Source of the DNA: Geosiphon pyriformis uo1
Taxonomy: Eukaryota; Fungi; Glomeromycota
Direction: 5' to 3'
Length of the DNA: 10,485 nucleotides
NCBI GenBank assembly: GCA_016748015.1
Contig: JAAOMT010000780.1
Coordinates: 1 to 10,485 of the forward strand
Numbering within the stretch: position 1 is the first letter of the stretch; each line of letters begins with the position of its first letter. Below are positions 8,268 to 10,485 of the stretch, one piece after another. Position numbers and translations under genes: made by a program. The notes under the pieces were generated by a model, which was given only the letters and a program-made list of their open reading frames with translations, was not told the DNA's origin and did not search any database.

Positions 8268-9973
8268 TTGAATAACTTTCTGGTGGGTATGGTTCGTGTT
8301 TTTTTTGGATGTGATTTATCTTTAGGTGGCTTTTTGGCTAGTGCTTTTCGTCTTCGAGGTAGTACTCCTATGTTCTTGGTTCTTGGTGAAAAGATTTTTT
8401 TTAAATGTGTTCTTTTCCTTAAATGTTATAGTATTGCCTTTGTGGAACAGCTTCATGGCTGGGATGGTAAAATTTTTGATTGGAAAACTTTCAAGTGTTG
8501 GAAGAGACTGGATTCCCGTGGCCCAGTTCCCTCCTGGTTTGATTTCTTTGTTCGTTTTTTTGGTGGCGCTGCTTCTTCTTCTGTTTGCTCTCCTTATGTG
8601 GAATTTTGTGGCTCTCCAGATGTTCGCTAGTCTTTTGGTTTAGTACTGTCTGCAACAGTTTGTTGAATGCTGGTGCCACCCATTTTTCTGTGTATATGGA
8701 TAGATCTCTGAGTAACTTGGGCACTATTAACATGAAGGCTGGTGCTGCTGTTTTTTTTGAAGACATTAATTTGGGTCTGGGTGTGGGTGTGTCTGGTTTG
8801 GTTTCTTCCACCTTGGCAGAGTTGTAAGTCATTGCTTTGGCTCTTGAGTGTGTTTTTTCTTTCTATGTAGTCGACTTATTTTCAGACAGCCAGGTGGCTC
8901 TGGATACATACAGGTTGGAGTTCTTGTTGATTGGACCTGATTACAGGAATTGTTGTTGGATCGAGTATTGTCACATTGCCAATGTTATTTGTCACAAAAA
9001 TTTGGATGTGAATTGGATTAAGGTTAAGGGTCATTCAGGCATTTCGGGCAATGAGCATGCTGATGTGTTAGCTAGAAATGCTGCTCTCTCTGCTTGGCAT
9101 CTGCTCCATTTTGTTAATAAGAGGTTTATTAAGACTGGTGTTGATGCAATTTCTGGTAATTCTAGATACTTTGTTCATGATGTTTTTAGGTTGATCTATC
9201 GTGCATGTTGGGAGGTTGGTTCCAGTTCCCGGATTGTTTCAGCTAGTTTGCATGCTGATATTGATTGGCTAAAGTCTTCTCTGGTTTGGCACCCAGACTC
9301 TCATTTGGCTTTGGATTTTACCAGTGCACAAACTGCTGACTTATGAACGTACTTTATAAAGACTTTTCACCATCGGCTCTCTGTTGCTGTACAAAAGCGC
9401 TTATATGATAGGAGTTATTCCAGTGTAGTGTGTTTGTTTTGTAGTGATATTGAGGTCTCGGATCATATTTTTTCTTGTCCATTTGAGACTGCTGGTTATG
9501 CTTGGCTGTTAGATTATTATGCATTGACTTGGAAGGTGCACTCTGGCTTAGTTTGGTCTTCTTCGTGTGTCTCACAGTTGCTGTCCACTTGTGTTGCTGA
9601 TGCTGTGGTTAATACAGCTCTGTGTAAGGGCTTTGTTTTCAGTAGTTGGTTTTGTAAATCGGTTTCTGTCTTTAAGGATTCCAAGGTTGCGACTTTAGTC
9701 ATTGTGGATTTCGTGCGTGCATTCTGTTTTTCCTTTCAGGATGATATTTGGCTGGTCTGTGCTAAACACTGGGCTTTCATGGAGAAGAATGGGCTCATCC
9801 TGCATGATGGTTCTGTTCCGGTTTCAGTTTTTGGTTCTACTTTGTTGTTTTCTCCTGGTGTGGTCAGATTGTTGGGTATTGCTGAAGCTTTTGGTGTTGG
9901 TTTCGGGTTTCACAAGTCCTGTTTGTTTTTTTCAGATATTGATAATGTAGTCTCTGTTCATATAGGTGCTTAG
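8268..9973 (+). pseudogene. C-terminal part of LINE ORF2 (linker - RNase H - zinc motif), three stops and one frameshift
   Basis: Stops at 8628 (TAG), 8825 (TAA) and 9344 (TGA); 1-nt deletion near 8640; motifs VYMDRS, LAEL, FSDSQ, WIKVKGHSGISGNEHAD, CLFCSDIEVSDHIFSC; ends VSVHIGA* versus VSVHISV* in copy 1. Confidence 0.9.
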
Positions 9974-10064
9974 TGTTATTCTGGTTGGCCTGAGTGGCTG
10001 GTCACATGTTAGTTTAGATCATTTGAATGATGTATAGTACTAGGTTGCGTTTGGACTTCACTCA
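9974..10064 (+). promoter_or_regulatory. Conserved, structured LINE 3' UTR (copy 2)
   Basis: Aligns with 7419-7530 apart from the 21-nt indel. Confidence 0.7.
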
Positions 10065-10095
10065 TTAAACGTAATAAAAATAAATAAATAAATAA
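10065..10095 (+). repeat. 3' tail of copy 2, (TAAA)n-like
   Basis: TTAAACGTAATAAAAATAAATAAATAAATAA directly after the conserved CACTCA end. Confidence 0.75.
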
Positions 10096-10485
10096 GTTTA
10101 AAGTAGTAATAATTAAAAATTTATGTTTTTAAGATAACTTTATTAAATAAATTTATATTAATTAATTGTTAATTCTAAGATAAAATATCTAATAGAAAAT
10201 ATATTTTCTTAAAAAAAAAGCTTTTTTTTATACTATTTATTCTAATACTATTAATAATTTAGTATTTTTTTCTAATATTTTGGCAAATTAAAAATATTAT
10301 TATGGATTAAAGTAACAAATTAACAAATAACAAAAGAGAACAAGATTGTAAAATAATAAATTAATTAAAAAGAATTCAACTTTGAAGAGTAAATTAAATG
10401 AGTATAAATTCAATATATAAAATTAGTCTCATAAAATATCTTAGTTGTTAATTTTTTCAAAAGATAACTAGAAAATTTAAAAATA

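Larger units (their letters stand above)
8268..10095 (+). mobile_element. 5'-truncated, inactivated copy of the same LINE family (copy 2)
   Basis: Homology to copy 1 starts abruptly at 8268 (equivalent to 5712; 47/60 identical over the first 60 nt) and runs collinearly through RNase H, zinc motif, stop codon, 3' UTR and tail. 5' truncation with an intact 3' end is typical of target-primed reverse transcription. Confidence 0.93.

Noticed and set aside
907-9950. Short alternative-frame and antisense ORFs inside the LINEs (e.g. 1411-1746, 3602-3928, 4203-4520, 8491-8832)
   Set aside because: Shadows of ORF1/ORF2 codon bias with no recognisable motifs; similarity between 6077-6277 and 8491-8832 only mirrors the sense-strand homology.
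8261-10099. TSD for copy 2 (AAATAAATT vs AAATAAGTT)
   Set aside because: Too short, mismatched and indistinguishable from the (TAAA)n tail.

Overview
Eukaryotic, very AT-rich DNA dominated by two decayed copies of one non-LTR retrotransposon (LINE) family on the + strand. Copy 1 (~796-7558) looks full length: 5' UTR, ORF1 (941-2734; RRM-like segments, one CCHC zinc knuckle, two leucine zippers), ORF2 (2731-7418; APE endonuclease - reverse transcriptase - RNase H - Cys/His zinc motif), a structured 3' UTR, an A-rich tail and a candidate target-site duplication at a TT|AAAA site. Copy 2 (~8268-10095) is a diverged 5'-truncated relative. The many short ORFs in the track are fragments of these two genes, broken by 13 premature stops (each explicable by one C>T or G>A transition) and two 1-nt deletions. 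The window also holds the 5' end of a minus-strand coiled-coil host gene (ATG at 349) that the ORF track missed. From memory the protein style and AT-rich spacers resemble Glomeromycotina (arbuscular-mycorrhizal lineage) fungi, but this cannot be verified here. The most interesting signals are a conserved 3' UTR fold with a possible loop-tail pseudoknot, a 14-bp perfect stem at the 5' end, an inferred AUGA stop/start overlap between ORF1 and ORF2, and transition hypermutation not restricted to CpG.
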